64,000 nucleotides of DNA, from assembly GCA_964016885.1 (NCBI GenBank), contig OZ024747.1, positions 67,704,001 to 67,768,000 on the forward strand. The letters are read 5' to 3'. How positions within the stretch are numbered: position 1 is the stretch's first letter; each line of letters opens with the position of its first letter. The DNA is from Eledone cirrhosa (Eukaryota). Below are positions 11,901 through 24,500 of the stretch, in pieces. The notes under the pieces were generated by a model. That model searched no databases. It saw only the letters and a list, made by a program, of their open reading frames with translations, and was not told the origin of the DNA. The position numbers and the translations under genes were made by a program.

Positions 11901-12423
11901 CCAGGTCAAATCGACCGATTAACCCTTTGAGGCTATTACACCCCTCTCTATCGGGGCAGGCCCCTACGTAGTCCCAGCGTGCATCTAGGATACCATTCCA
12001 GTCCCCCACTAATAGCAAGGAGCGGGACGTCCCTAGAAAAGTCTCCAGACGATGGAAGAAGTCCGGCCGCATTGACCCGAAAGGGCCGTAGGCGGCTACC
12101 AACCTAAACGCTCCGCCTTTACCACTGCCAAGGTCCAGAACCACTAGTCGACCCTCCGGGTCCAAATGTACCATCTGTGTTGCGAGACCCAGATGTTTTT
12201 GCAGCAGAACGACAACTCCACCCCCACCTCCGGGCTGACAGAGAGATGCGTGCATCTCAAAGTCATCAAAGGTGGGGGCCAGCTGTCGCACGTTGCTGAT
12301 CCGGGCCTCGCAAATAACCATCACATCTATACGTTGTGACCTGAGGTCATTTAGAAGCATTGCTTGCTTCCAAGTTGAGCCCAGGCCACGCGCATTTAAA
12401 CAGCCTACTCTTAGCATAGCCAT
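8986..12423 (-). CDS. LINE ORF2p: APE endonuclease, reverse transcriptase and C-terminal CCHC zinc finger
   Basis: APE motifs LNARG, GDWN, SYLDRF and SDH; RT motifs KSPGLDG, FRPITLLN, DQSKAFDRV, RQGCPLS and YADD; C-terminal CPRC...ETVAHALVHC. The first ATG is at 12423 (aacATGg); the ORF track start at 12447 is GTG. Confidence 0.95.
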   Translation of the reverse strand: MAMLRVGCLNARGLGSTWKQAMLLNDLRSQRIDVMVICEARISNVRQLAPTFDDFEMHASLCQPGGGGGVVVLLQKHLGLATQMVHLDPEGRLVVLDLGSGKGGAFRLVAAYGPFGSMRPDFFHRLETFLGTSRSLLLVGDWNGILDARWDYVGACPDREGCNSLKGLIGRFDLADRYRLDFPTAPTWTWANRSGSSRSYLDRFLVRIKDKDFLSCPKMRIVGYSDHKLGTCMVNLDRTHRQGPGYWKLNLSLPASRAYRNRISTLVKERLTGAIVNSRWWVSLKREIRVVSIEFSKVLAADRNRKERELIDRVEEAIRSGDVARVLASRTALSQFFDAKHEGCVVRSKIRALGNEGTKAVSWARVTEANSGTKSTIRSLRDLDGRAILEPKQMCEAFQRHFARLFGRGGEPVGNVDFGPYLDGLPRLSDREAKSCEEPISAAEIEDVLSQCGKRKSPGLDGLPYELYLAMPDLFPDLLEAVYCNWQQNGRIPCTVTKGVVTLVRKDENKGDEISNFRPITLLNTELQILAKVLAKRLALVVGNLVGDAQTCAIPSRSIHDNLHLMRYIIERVGNEPGFGGALINLDQSKAFDRVDHGYLDAVLAAAGFGPVFRGWITAMHSSRICSRVKVNGYLSEPFKIARSIRQGCPLSSLLYVLTLEPLLRKLELLQGIPLEPGLRKAVSAYADDVTVMVSTASEIEAVGTLLEEYEKFTGAKLNRDKSIGLQLGTWRGRPMPSDSVVGRWTEGPVKLLGVWFGPDLQVEKNWAEVTNRVFALTQKWASCKLSLKGRAEVANTYIASVIYYRLTVVPCPRETLTKMERALFQFLWKRRAPMVRRSICCQHPSKGGLGMPWLMMRKHALRLRHLYVFLTGQPVWASFVRRTFPRLVSLTELQSWVKQRPRKLGAWHTECAQALTALWQADPVISGDSTATFYRGLVRSRCDDALGEALDMEEDELASLFGRTFSPGPMDNFQKSLAWQCYRGALPVRERLYRHGRPGRDPAKKICPRCVCDEETVAHALVHCSGVADLWGYVEQLLSRVGPIRLTTESIVMIKPPPPFKDEAEAVFLCVIAMAKEVVWWTRLKGLRSGTFLSGQQLVRFFRYHFGRRIRMEREVLHPSRFYERWVKVARMARVNGPSLYIRL

Positions 12424-12447
12424 GTTGGTGGTGAAGAGAAAAGGCAC

Positions 12448-14184
12448 TTACCTCTCTGCGTCCCGGGTATCGGGCTGCACAATTTCCATTAGGGTGGGGG
12501 ATGGGTTGTTGGGTGGGGTGGTGGTTTGTGGAAGTGTGGGGGCATCAGTGTGTTGTGTGGTTGGGGAGCTTGGAGTTGTGAGGGTGTTTGGGGAGGGGGT
12601 GGGATAGTTTTTTAGGAGGACGCGGTTAATGGGCCCGACGCAGGGGGGACCCACGTCCTCTTTAAAATTGTTTTTTAAAGTTTTATAGGTGTCCTGTGGG
12701 GCCTTAATCATTTTGAGGTGGGGGAAATCCCCTGCCTGGGTGAAGTTAGGCCCTTGTGTTTTTATTAGATTGTTGTTGTACACAATGTTTAACAGTTTTT
12801 TGTTTCTTGTATTTATGTATGTGTATGCATGTTTTTGTTTTTGTGTGGTGTTTTTTGTTTGCTGTTGTGAGCTCTTTTGTGTTGGTGTCAGTGTTATGTT
12901 TTGGGGAGGGGTTTTTTTCATTTGTGTGTCTGAGGTGTGTTTTCTTATTTTTCTTTTGATTGTGTGGAAGTGCTCCTCCTCGTCTGACGACGAACTAGGG
13001 TCATCTTCCGCGTTGGAGGGGAGGGGTATATTTTCGGGTTGTGTTTGCGGTACGGGTGTTTTGGAAATTGTTTTTGTTTTTTGAGTGGAGGGGATGGGTT
13101 GGACATTGTTTTGTTTTGGTTTGAGCTGTGGTGGTTGTTTTTGTAGTGGTAGTTGTGGTGATTGTGTTGGTTGTGCAGTTGTTGGTGGTGTAGGCAGGAT
13201 TGGGGTTTTCTTATTAAGTTGGGGACAGACAGCCCTCAGGTGACCTCTGGTTCCGCAGAGGTAACACGAGGGCCGTCTACCCTCAACGGTAATGTTGATG
13301 AAGGTTAGATCATCCAGTATGACGCGTTCAGGGATCTGGGCGATCCTTTCGGGCCTCATTTGAACTACAAGTTCGAGGCTCGTTCCACTGAACGCGTCAC
13401 CCGATGCCTTTCCCATGGACACCAGCATGTCATCCTCCAGGTCCAGAAAACCTGTCAAAACCCACCATATGTCCATAATCGGCAGGATGGTGTGGATTTT
13501 TATTTTTTGTGTTCTTCTACCCATGTACGTAGGGTAGAAGGTGTATGCGGTGGATGTGATTGGTTTGATGGACAGTTTCACTGCTGTGTCCCTGTCCTTC
13601 ATGAGAATGGATAGACTCCCGTAGAGTCTATCCTTCTGAATGAAGGTGATGTCCTTCATGACGTCTTTTAAAACCAGCTCTATCTCGCTCTGTGATGGTT
13701 GAGCTGGTTTTTTACTTTTGTTCGAGATTGTCCTAAACATGACCGTGTTTAGGAGTCTCTGGCTTTTTAGTTCCGGGGGGGAATGGATTGTGAATGAACC
13801 ATTTTCCCCGTACACTATATATTTTTTCGCATCCGCCAGTAGCTCCTTCGCTTTTGTTATATCTACTGGCAGATAGTCGAGGGTTTTCCTTGTCGTCTCG
13901 GCGAAGGAGAAATTTTGTTTGTTTGTGTTGTTGTTGTCGTTGGTGGTGTTGTTGTTATCATTGTTGTTGTTGTCACCGTTATTGGTCTTGTTGTTGTTAT
14001 TGTTATTGGTGTTGTTTTCGTCCGTCGCATTGTTGTTGTTGTTGCTGTTGCTGCTGGTTCTTTGGGTTGTTGCCATGGCAACGTCAAGTTGTCGGTTAAC
14101 AGGTGGAGAGAATTCTTCCTCTGGCTGACCTATCTTCTTGACCTCTGCTACTGTGACAGTGGCAGGGGGAAGCTGTAAGTTCAT
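12448..14184 (-). CDS. LINE ORF1p, gag-like with CCHC zinc knuckle
   Basis: Open frame from ATG 14184 (MNLQLPP) containing CYLCGTRGHLRAVC, an N/T-rich N-terminal tract and a P/Q/T-rich C-terminal tract. Confidence 0.85.
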   Translation of the reverse strand: MNLQLPPATVTVAEVKKIGQPEEEFSPPVNRQLDVAMATTQRTSSNSNNNNNATDENNTNNNNNNKTNNGDNNNNDNNNTTNDNNNTNKQNFSFAETTRKTLDYLPVDITKAKELLADAKKYIVYGENGSFTIHSPPELKSQRLLNTVMFRTISNKSKKPAQPSQSEIELVLKDVMKDITFIQKDRLYGSLSILMKDRDTAVKLSIKPITSTAYTFYPTYMGRRTQKIKIHTILPIMDIWWVLTGFLDLEDDMLVSMGKASGDAFSGTSLELVVQMRPERIAQIPERVILDDLTFINITVEGRRPSCYLCGTRGHLRAVCPQLNKKTPILPTPPTTAQPTQSPQLPLQKQPPQLKPKQNNVQPIPSTQKTKTISKTPVPQTQPENIPLPSNAEDDPSSSSDEEEHFHTIKRKIRKHTSDTQMKKTPPQNITLTPTQKSSQQQTKNTTQKQKHAYTYINTRNKKLLNIVYNNNLIKTQGPNFTQAGDFPHLKMIKAPQDTYKTLKNNFKEDVGPPCVGPINRVLLKNYPTPSPNTLTTPSSPTTQHTDAPTLPQTTTPPNNPSPTLMEIVQPDTRDAER

Positions 14185-14239
14185 CTTCCCCTTTCCTCCT
14201 TCGAATTTTGGTGAAGAAGCTTCATATATATATATAGAT

Positions 14240-15155
14240 ATATTTCTTTTATTTGCCACTAGGGCATCAAAAGTGGGACAAGTACAAAGGGGGGAGTTTA
14301 CACAAAAAGGCGTCCTCAATAAGGAGGAGGCAATAACAAAATATAAAAATAAAATAAGATATAACAAAAAATAAAATTTTTAACAAAATCCTCAATAGAG
14401 AGGAGGCGCCTTGGGGGGTCGCACACACCCCCGAAAAAAGTGTGCAACCCTTCTCCTCAGGAGCACAGAGAAGGGGTGCTCCCTTGGTCTTTCATCTTCC
14501 TCACCTATAGTCTGATGTAGAGTGAAGGCCCATTCACACGGGCCATTCTCGCCACTTTCACCCATCTTTCATAGAAACGGCTGGGGTGCAGCACCTCTCT
14601 CTCCATCCTGATCCTTCTTCCGAAATGATATCGGAAGAAACGGACCAGTTGTTGGCCAGAGAGAAAGGTGCCCGACCTCAGTCCTTTCAGACGCGTCCAC
14701 CATACAACCTCTTTCGCCATGGCTATTACGCACAGAAACACCGCCTCTGCTTCATCTTTGAAGGGGGGAGGCGGCTTGATCATTACAATAGACTCGGTGG
14801 TCAACCGGATCGGTCCCACCCTTGACAGCAGTTGTTCGACATAGCCCCACAGATCGGCTACGCCCGAGCAGTGTACTAATGCGTGTGCAACGGTTTCCTC
14901 GTCGCACACGCATCTGGGACAGATCTTTTTGGCGGGGTCCCGTGTCTGTAGAGCCTTTCTCGAACGGGTAAAGCCCCTCGGTAGCACTGCCAGGCCAGGG
15001 ACTTCTGGAAGTTGTCCATAGGTCCCGGGCTGAATGTCCTACCGAACAGGCTGGCCAGTTCGTCCTCCTCCATGTCTAGGGCTTCTCCGAGGGCGTCGTC
15101 GCACCAGCTGCGCACCAGCCCTCTATAGAATGTTGCGGTGGAGTCTCCACTGATA
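14240..15155 (-). mobile_element. 5'-truncated second copy of the same Tx1-like LINE, head-to-tail with the first
   Basis: Near-identical to ~8721-9649, with a 13-bp frameshifting deletion near 14940 between ccc microhomologies. Confidence 0.95.
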
Positions 15156-15166
15156 TATATAGATAT

Positions 15167-15229
<63 letters not shown>

Positions 15230-15244
15230 TGTATGTATGTTTCA

Positions 15245-15430
15245 CCCTGCCCGTCTCCTCAATTTTTCTAGATCTTAAATTTCTCATCTCATTCTTTTTT
15301 CTGATGATGGACTAGCGTCCGAAACCATAAGACCCTCTTCCTGCTATTTCAAGCATTGAACAAATATATTCCTTCCGTGTATTATGCCGTTTGTTTTATT
15401 CTTTTTGTTATTTATGTTTACCTTTTATAT
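15245..15430 (+). mobile_element. Solo PLE pseudo-LTR-like fragment with a decayed hammerhead (15297-15342)
   Basis: CTGATGA T GGAC TAGC GTCC GAAAC cataaga. Homologous along its length to 53270-53430. Confidence 0.7.
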
Positions 15431-15859
15431 ATATACTCACACACACACGCACACACACACGCACACATATATATATATATATACATACACGTGCGTAAGT
15501 ATGTAAGTATATAAACATACATATATACATGAATATTTCTAGCCGTGATCATGTCACAGCTCTCTCAGTTGACGTTTGAGGCGGCCTAACACTATTTAAA
15601 GCTTATTCTTGTCTCTGTACCGAGTAAGTAAACGACACCGATGATGGATAAACATCCCGAAACACGACTACTGAAATACTTGTGACATATTTACAGTTTA
15701 AAGCATTCATAGCGAAATCTATATAAACGTATCATATATGTCTCTCATCAGACGATGCCTCTGTGAGTAACCAGACTTATTATTTAGTCTTAATACAATG
15801 GATATTTAAAATCTACTTCGGTATTGAGTACTCTTTTCTATCGATCTTTAACTACATAC

Positions 15860-15955
<96 letters not shown>

Positions 15956-16105
15956 AGGGGTGTATATGCGTTTCTATGTATACATACACACATCTCAATA
16001 TTAGGATGATAGTTGCAGCGGTATGTGTGTGTGTATGTATTTAATGTATACGTGCATATATACACACACATACATACACACGTACATACATACATACATA
16101 TATAC

Positions 16106-16424
16106 ATGATGGCTGCCCCCTCGTTATCGAGTATGGCCAGTGCACGATATACCATTAATAATAATTATTAATTAATTCTATCGTGAGGAAAGACTGTGCA
16201 CTGAGCCAATCCCACTCTCTGAGCGACAGTAGCTATAACCCGAAAAGAAGAAAAGATCAACATCATCGGTAACTACTGAGTCGCAGGTTTTATATCGGAG
16301 TTATCCCAGTTTCCTGAGTTGCCTTCTCCTAGATGAATGCCCCGACAAAGGCAAGGGGTCCTTCACTCCCAGTGGTTTAACCGCGCGATCGGGTGTCCAG
16401 CCCGACTATCTCTATGTCCCCGCG
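16106..16424 (-). mobile_element. Second copy of the RTE-5'-like non-coding element
   Basis: Reverse complement contains gaccccttgcctttgtc...ctaggagaaggcaactc and ends ggcagccatcat, as at 1577-1957. Confidence 0.55.
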
Positions 16425-16899
16425 CATATACATACACATGCACCCATGTATATACATATATACATACGTACATATATACATACGTACATACACACATACG
16501 TACATACATACATACATACATACATACATACATACATACATACATACATACATACATACATACATACATACATACATGTCTATAATCTTTCTGCTGAAAT
16601 TGTGGTCTTGTGTGAAGTACGAATGTAAAAAATAATTCTTATCAGGGAAGACTGGGTCATTGGAATTGTTTGTGCTACATTGCTACATTCCGAGTAATAA
16701 TAGTAAATTCTCCCCCTCCAGGCCTTCCGTCAACAATTGTTAAGTATAGTAGAAGGATAAACAAGTGTAGCGATGTTTCAACTGTCTGAATTGAATAATC
16801 AAATGTGTTTTCTTTTGAGTTCGAAAACTAAGTTAAACTGAGGCAATGTGAATATACCATTCTAAGTACTTCCTATTACAATTCCTTGTCTTAATGTTT

Positions 16900-18190
16900 G
16901 GGTTGTTTATCATCCACAAACCTACTTTACCATATCTTCCAAGGAAATTATATTATACCACGCCTAATTGAAGAATTCAGGACGAAAGAATGCGTATTTA
17001 TTGTTTTCGTTTTTACTTTTTACTCTAGATTTTTCTTTCTTGTCTTGCTGTCTAGTCTTCTGTCAAAGTTACTTAGCCGACTTCAGAATAAGAGAACACA
17101 ACAAAATCCATGTAGAATCCTCTCCCGTTGGTCTCAAACAAAACAAATAATTTAAATTTTATTGACATATATTTCCTAGAACCATCCATCTTCAAGTGTC
17201 AGTGTCAGTATCTCTCACAGGCAAGCGATAAAAATCACATGGACAAAATATTCCCTTTGACATTTCGTATTTCAGTTCCTTACGTCAAGATGACAAACCA
17301 GAGACCAGTGTTTATTAAATCAAATAATGCAAATAGCCTTTGGGCTACAATTGGTAAACAGTTGTATAGTTTGAAGACTTCGTTCTTTATGTGTTGTGTC
17401 TTGGACAATTTCGCCTGATAGAGTATTTCTCATTTTGTTAGTAACACTCATAGAATACGCCCCTACTCAAGTAACACTCATAGAATACATCTCCTTTTAA
17501 GTGACACTCATATAATGCACCCCTTTTCAAGTGACACTCATAGAATACACTCCTATTCAAGTGACACTCATAGAATACATCCCTTTTCAAGTGACACTCA
17601 TAGAATACATCCCTATTCAAGTGACACTCATATAATATACCCCTTTTCAAGTGACACACAAAGACTGCATCTTTTCCAAGCGAAACTCATAGATGTGTTT
17701 AAATTCAGGATCCCCCTTTGCTTTACAATGGTACTTGTACCTGTAAAAGCATAAGCAAGATGGTAAATACGTTATTCTCTGAAGAATCTACGTTTAAGAA
17801 GGTCACAGAGTGCTGCAGTGAAACGCTATCACTTATCAGATATCAAGAACGAATCAATTACTTATCAACAAGATCTAACAATCACTATAAAAACATTAGG
17901 AGGGGAACTGTTGTAACGCACCAGCGTTTCAGTAATTTCACTCTTCCTAACTAAAAACCATTCTCCGAACGACGATAATTTCCACCATCTGTTTAACAAG
18001 AACAACACAAAGATGTGAAACAACTGCATGAAAAACATATCTAGAAGCCGTTAAAAATCGAAATGCAAAAATATCACAAACAAGAGTGGAGCGAAAGAGG
18101 TTGGCATGCAGTTTCCTGAATTAAGAGTTTGTCTCCTAGAGAAATATATTGTACACTGTGCCAATGTTGTGACCAATCTCACGTCAACAA
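16900..18190 (+). pseudogene. Highly decayed PLE ORF remnant, interrupted by a minisatellite
   Basis: ~17955-18075 translates NHSPNDDNFHHLFNKNNTKM*NNCMKNIS, matching the linker (FP..H...IFN...K..YS...N) of the PLE at 62383. Upstream extent is uncertain. Confidence 0.4.
17440..17660. repeat. 30-bp minisatellite, ~7 copies
   Basis: Unit aagtgacactcatagaatacatcccttttc, with alternating cctattc/ccttttc variants. Confidence 0.95.
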
Positions 18191-18636
18191 ACTGTAACCT
18201 AGTATTTTATATTTTCTGAGTCTAAGAAGCATTTGTAATGGTTATTTTAGACATTTTATGAGTCTTTTCGCTCTTTTAACCATGATTTATCACACGGGAT
18301 CATGTAGTGTTTGACACAAAATGTAAACATACTGCACAAAATTAGATTTAGAAGTATACAAGCAGAGGTAAAATGCACATTAACATAATCACTGGTATCA
18401 AACACAGAATCACATGACTGTGAATCGAACATCTTAACTAGACAGCAGACATCTTTGTTCTTATGTATTATTAACATTTTCGTTTGTCCAAATGTTAGTA
18501 CGAGAACAGTTGGGGGGGGGGGGGGGGTATATGAAGAAATATGAATAAACAAAATTGCTTAGTTTGCTTTGGCGGTAAGCAGGTCATCCACAGTCTTATA
18601 TACAATAGCCTGCGTGTTTGTATGTGTGTATAAATG

Positions 18637-18681
<45 letters not shown>

Positions 18682-18720
18682 TTATATACTTTTCATTTAT
18701 ATATATATATATACCTATAT

Positions 18721-18866
<146 letters not shown>

Positions 18867-18884
18867 AGAGAGAGAGTTGGTTAA

Positions 18885-18956
<72 letters not shown>

Positions 18957-18999
18957 TTGGTTAAAGAGTAAGTTGTATAGTGCTGGAGCTGGTGCTTGA

Positions 19000-19790
19000 A
19001 GTGGTTATTGTGGTGGTGGTATTGGTGGTGGTATTAGCAGTAGTAGTAAAGATGATATGTGCATTGATGGTGATGCTGCTGCTGTTGGTAGAGGTAATAT
19101 GACTGATAATAAGGGTGGTTGTAATAGTGATAGTGGTATTATTGGTGGTATGACGGTGGTGTGATAGTAGTGGTGGCGGTGTGATAGTGGTGGTGGTGGT
19201 AGTGGTGGTGGCAGTGGTGGTTGTGGTGATAGTGGTGGTGGTGATAGTGGCGGTGATAGTGGTGGTGGTGGCAGTGGTGATAGTGGTGGTGGTGGTGGTG
19301 ATAGTGGCGGTAGCGGTAGTGATAGTGGTAGTGGTGGTGGTGGTGGTGGTGGTGGTGATAGTGGCGGTGATAGTGGTAGTGACGGTGATGATAGTGGTGG
19401 TGGTGGTGGTGGTGGTGGTGGTGATAATGGCGGTGATAGTGGTAGTGACGGTGATGATAGTGGTGGTGGTGGTGGTGGTGGTGGTGGTGGTGATAGTGGC
19501 GGTGATAGTGGTAGTGACGGTGATGATAGTGGTGGTGGTGGTGGTGGTGGTGGTGATAGTGGCGGTGATAGTGGTAGTGACGGTGATGATAGTGGTGGTG
19601 GTGGTGGTGGTGGTGATAGTGGCGGTGATAGTGGTAGTGACGGTGATGATAGTGGTGGTGGTGGTGGTGGTGGTGGTGGTGGTGATAGTGGCGGTGATAG
19701 TGGTAGTGACGGTGATGATAGTGGTAGTGACGGTAGTGGCAGCGGCGACGGTGACAGTCATCGTGATGGTAGTGGGTGATGGTAATGGTA
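19000..19790. repeat. Compound (GGT)n/(GATAGT) low-complexity array
   Basis: Direct inspection; higher-order unit gatagtggcggtgatagtggtagtgacggtgat+(ggt)n. Confidence 0.95.
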
Positions 19791-19937
19791 TGCAGTGTTA
19801 ATGTCCTTCACCGCCATATCTGATGGAATAAACACAATGGCTGAAGCCTAAACACTTGCGTCAACTGTGAGATATACTGATATTCTGCTGTGTCATTGAA
19901 ATTAGAGAGTTCTTTTTGTTTGAAACACACGCACATG

Positions 19938-19989
<52 letters not shown>

Positions 19990-20105
19990 CGTGTTATGTA
20001 TATATATATTTATATATATATGTATATATAAATACATACATATATACACACATGCACTCATACACAGACACAAGCAGATAGACAAACAGAGAGACAGACA
20101 GACAG

Positions 20106-20179
<74 letters not shown>

Positions 20180-20769
20180 GTACATATATTCATATATATA
20201 CATATATATATCGATTGCTTAGATTGCAGTTAATGCTGGTGTAAACCACGCACATCAATGGGATACTTTAATCCCAGAGTGAAGTAATGTCATTGACCCA
20301 GAGTAACGGGAGATGGCAGCTACCTTGGTATTAAGAGGAATTGCAGTGTATAATAGTCAGAAGAGAGATATTTTAGTTTAATATATATTTATTCCATTAG
20401 ACGTGTCTCGTCAGTAGTATGGCTCAAAGCCGTTCTCAATTAAATTCGACCATAGCAAGCAAGGAAGTAACAAATACTCCAGAGGAAATGTAATAGAATA
20501 CTAGTATACGCAGATAAGAAATCTATAAAATTGTGCAAATCCTGTATATGCTGTGAACCACAAGAAATTAAAAAGTCCTTAATGCCCACAAGCTTAACAA
20601 CATAAATACTTAAACCAAAAACATAACGTGTCAACTTTGAAAATAGGATTGAGTGATGCACTCCCCAAACGCTATAAAGATTCCCGTTAGCGTAATCGCC
20701 CCAGGAAAGTTAACAACAACAACAACAACATTGATAGAATTATCATTAAATTTAGAAATAAAGTAGATC

Positions 20770-21275
20770 CAAACCAATGAAGTTGTAGAAGGTTTCAATG
20801 AATTGAAATTCATTCAAATCCTTTTATATAGTCATGAAAAATACTGATTTTAAAGAAGTGGACATACTAGTAACAGTTTGATAGATTTCGAGAACAAACT
20901 ATGGGCTAAACTGCTGTGCAGTTTCGGAACAAACTATGGGCTAAAAATGATAAGCTGTGCAATTTCGATATTACTATGGAGTTGAATGATTCTCCACAGT
21001 TGACAGACCTGGTGGGAATCAACATTCTACACAAATAGCAATGTAGAACTGGAAATAAAGTGTAAAATAAATAGGCAGTTTTTTTTTTTAAATAGAGAAC
21101 TAAGCGCAGATATAGAAAATAATACTAAAATTGTGATTTCTTTAGACGTGTTGTTAGCACTACAAACTGGACTACATCGCCTATATCATAAACTCAATGA
21201 GGATCTTCAGTACGATTAAAAATACTCAAACCACCCTAAAGCAATTATAAAATTCATAGTTAACTGTATTAGCTA
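20770..21275 (+). pseudogene. Decayed PLE reverse transcriptase fragment
   Basis: LIDFENKLWAK, NFDITMELNDSPQLTDLVGI, LDVLLALQTGLHRLYHKLNEDLQY and SNHP align with the 62383 ORF (LIEFNNQLW, NFDITMGSSDSAQVTDLVGL, FLDV...FHKLNENLNY, SNHP). Confidence 0.75.
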
Positions 21276-21503
21276 GAGCTGGTTACACCGAAAAAGTAGA
21301 AATATCAATTATTACGTCCCCCAAACACATTAAACCACGCAAACTACAAACACTTCATCCATTCATCATCACATCATTATGCTTAAAAACGTTTATATTC
21401 CAATAAACGTCTCTCTCTACATAGACACATATATTCAAATAGGAGTAGTTGGGCACAACAATCATCCTGTATTATCTTCATCACATATTCCATATTTTCT
21501 AGT

Positions 21504-24500
21504 CTGTAGATTATGTAGATTATGTATATTATGTATATTATGTATATTATGTATATTATGTATATTATGTATATTATGTATATTATGTATATTATGTATA
21601 TTATGTAGATTATGTAGATTATGTATATTATGTATATTATGTATATTATGTATATTATGTATATTATGTAGATTATGTATATTATGTATATTATGCAGAT
21701 TATGTATATTATGTATATTATGTATATTATGTATATTATGTATATTATGTATATTATGTATATTATGTATATTATGTATATTATGTAGATTATGTATATT
21801 ATGTATATTATGTATATTATGTATATTATGTATATTATGCAGATTATGTATATTATGTATATTATGTATATTATGTATATTATGTATATTATGTATATTA
21901 TGTAGATTATGTATATTATGCAGATTATGTATATTATGTATATTATGTATATTATGTATATTATGTATATTATGTATATTATGCAGATTATGTATATTAT
22001 GTATATTATGTATATTATGCAGATTATGTATATTATGTATATTATGTATATTATGCAGATTATGTATATTATGTATATTATGTATATTATGCAGATTATG
22101 TATATTATGTATATTATGTATATTATGCAGGTTATGTATATTATGTATATTATGTATATTATGCAGATTATGTATATTATGTATATTATGTAGATTATGT
22201 ATATTATGTATATTATGTATATTATGTATATTATGTATATTATGCAGATTATGTATATTATGTATATTATGCAGATTATGTATATTATGTATATTATGTA
22301 TATTATGCAGATTATGTATATTATGTATATTATGTAGATTATGTATATTATGTATATTATGTATATTATGCAGATTATGTATATTATGTATATTATGTAT
22401 ATTATGTATATTATGCAGATTATGTATATTATGTATATTATGTATATTATGTATATTATGTATATTATGTAGATTATGTATATTATGTATATTATGTATA
22501 TTATGTATATTATGTATATTATGTATATTATGCAGATTATGTATATTATGTATATTATGTATATTATGTATATTATGTATATTATGCAGATTATGTATAT
22601 TATGTATATTATGCAGATTATGTATATTATGTATATTATGTATATTATGTATATTATGCAGATTATGTATATTATGTATATTATGTATATTATGTATATT
22701 ATGTATATTATGTATATTATGCAGATTATGTATATTATGTATATTATGTATATTATGTATATTATGCAGATTATGTATATTATGTATATTATGTATATTA
22801 TGCAGATTATGTATATTATGTATATTATGTATATTATGTATATTATGCAGATTATGTATATTATGTATATTATGTATATTATGCAGATTATGTATATTAT
22901 GTATATTATGTATATTATGTATATTATGCAGATTATGTATATTATGTATATTATGTATATTATGTATATTATGCAGATTATGTATATTATGTATATTATG
23001 TATATTATGTATATTATGCAGATTATGTATATTATGTATATTATGTATATTATGCAGATTATGTATATTATGCAGATTATGTATATTATGTATATTATGT
23101 ATATTATGTATATTATGTATATTATGTATATTATGCAGATTATGTATATTATGTATATTATGTATATTATGTATATTATGCAGATTATGTATATTATGTA
23201 TATTATGTATATTATGCAGATTATGTATATTATGTATATTATGTATATTATGTATATTATGTATATTATGCAGATTATGTATATTATGTATATTATGTAT
23301 ATTATGCAGATTATGTATATTATGTATATTATGTATATTATGCAGATTATGTATATTATGTATATTATGTATATTATGCAGATTATGTATATTATGTATA
23401 TTATGTATATTATGTATATTATGTATATTATGTATATTATGCAGATTATGTATATTATGTATATTATGTATATTATGTATATTATGTATATTATGCAGAT
23501 TATGTATATTATGTATATTATGTATATTATGCAGATTATGTATATTATGTATATTATGCAGATTATGTATATTATGTATATTATGTATATTATGCAGATT
23601 ATGTATATTATGTATATTATGTATATTATGTATATTATGTATATTATGCAGATTATGTATATTATGTATATTATGTATATTATGCAGATTATGTATATTA
23701 TGTATATTATGTATATTATGCAGATTATGTATATTATGTATATTATGTATATTATGCAGATTATGTATATTATGTATATTATGTATATTATGCAGATTAT
23801 GTATATTATGTATATTATGCAGATTATGTATATTATGTATATTATGCAGATTATGTATATTATGCAGATTATGTATATTATGTATATTATGTATATTATG
23901 CAGATTATGTATATTATGTATATTATGTATATTATGTATATTATGTATATTATGTATATTATGTATATTATGTATATTATGCAGATTATGTATATTATGT
24001 ATATTATGTATATTATGTATATTATGCAGATTATGTATATTATGTATATTATGTATATTATGCAGATTATGTATATTATGTATATTATGTATATTATGTA
24101 TATTATGTATATTATGCAGATTATGTATATTATGTATATTATGTATATTATGCAGATTATGTATATTATGTATATTATGTATATTATGCAGATTATGTAT
24201 ATTATGTATATTATGTATATTATGCAGATTATGTATATTATGTATATTATGTATATTATGTATATTATGTATATTATGTATATTATGCAGATTATGTATA
24301 TTATGTATATTATGTATATTATGCAGATTATGTATATTATGTATATTATGTATATTATGTATATTATGTATATTATGCAGATTATGTATATTATGTATAT
24401 TATGTATATTATGCAGATTATGTATATTATGTATATTATGTATATTATGCAGATTATGTATATTATGTATATTATGTATATTATGCAGATTATGTATATT

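Larger units (their letters stand above)
8718..14224 (-). mobile_element. Near full-length Tx1/L1-clade non-LTR retrotransposon inserted in (TA)n
   Basis: GC-richer island with ORF1, ORF2 and a ~270-bp 3' UTR ending aataaaagaaat. Both ends abut TA repeats. Confidence 0.92.

Noticed and set aside
14185-14367. N-terminal extension of ORF1 in the ORF track
   Set aside because: Non-ATG start inside the neighbouring copy's 3' UTR and TA tract; the same peptide appears at 8573-8848.
15635-15755. CCGATGA-TGGAT-AAAC-ATCCC-GAAAC, and a minus-strand CTGATGA at 15745-15751
   Set aside because: Stems I and III cannot be closed for the first motif, and the second lacks GAAA; at most remnants.
20395-20445. 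Minus-strand TTGAGAA...GAGACACGTC hammerhead-like string
   Set aside because: GAGA instead of GAAA and no convincing stem I.
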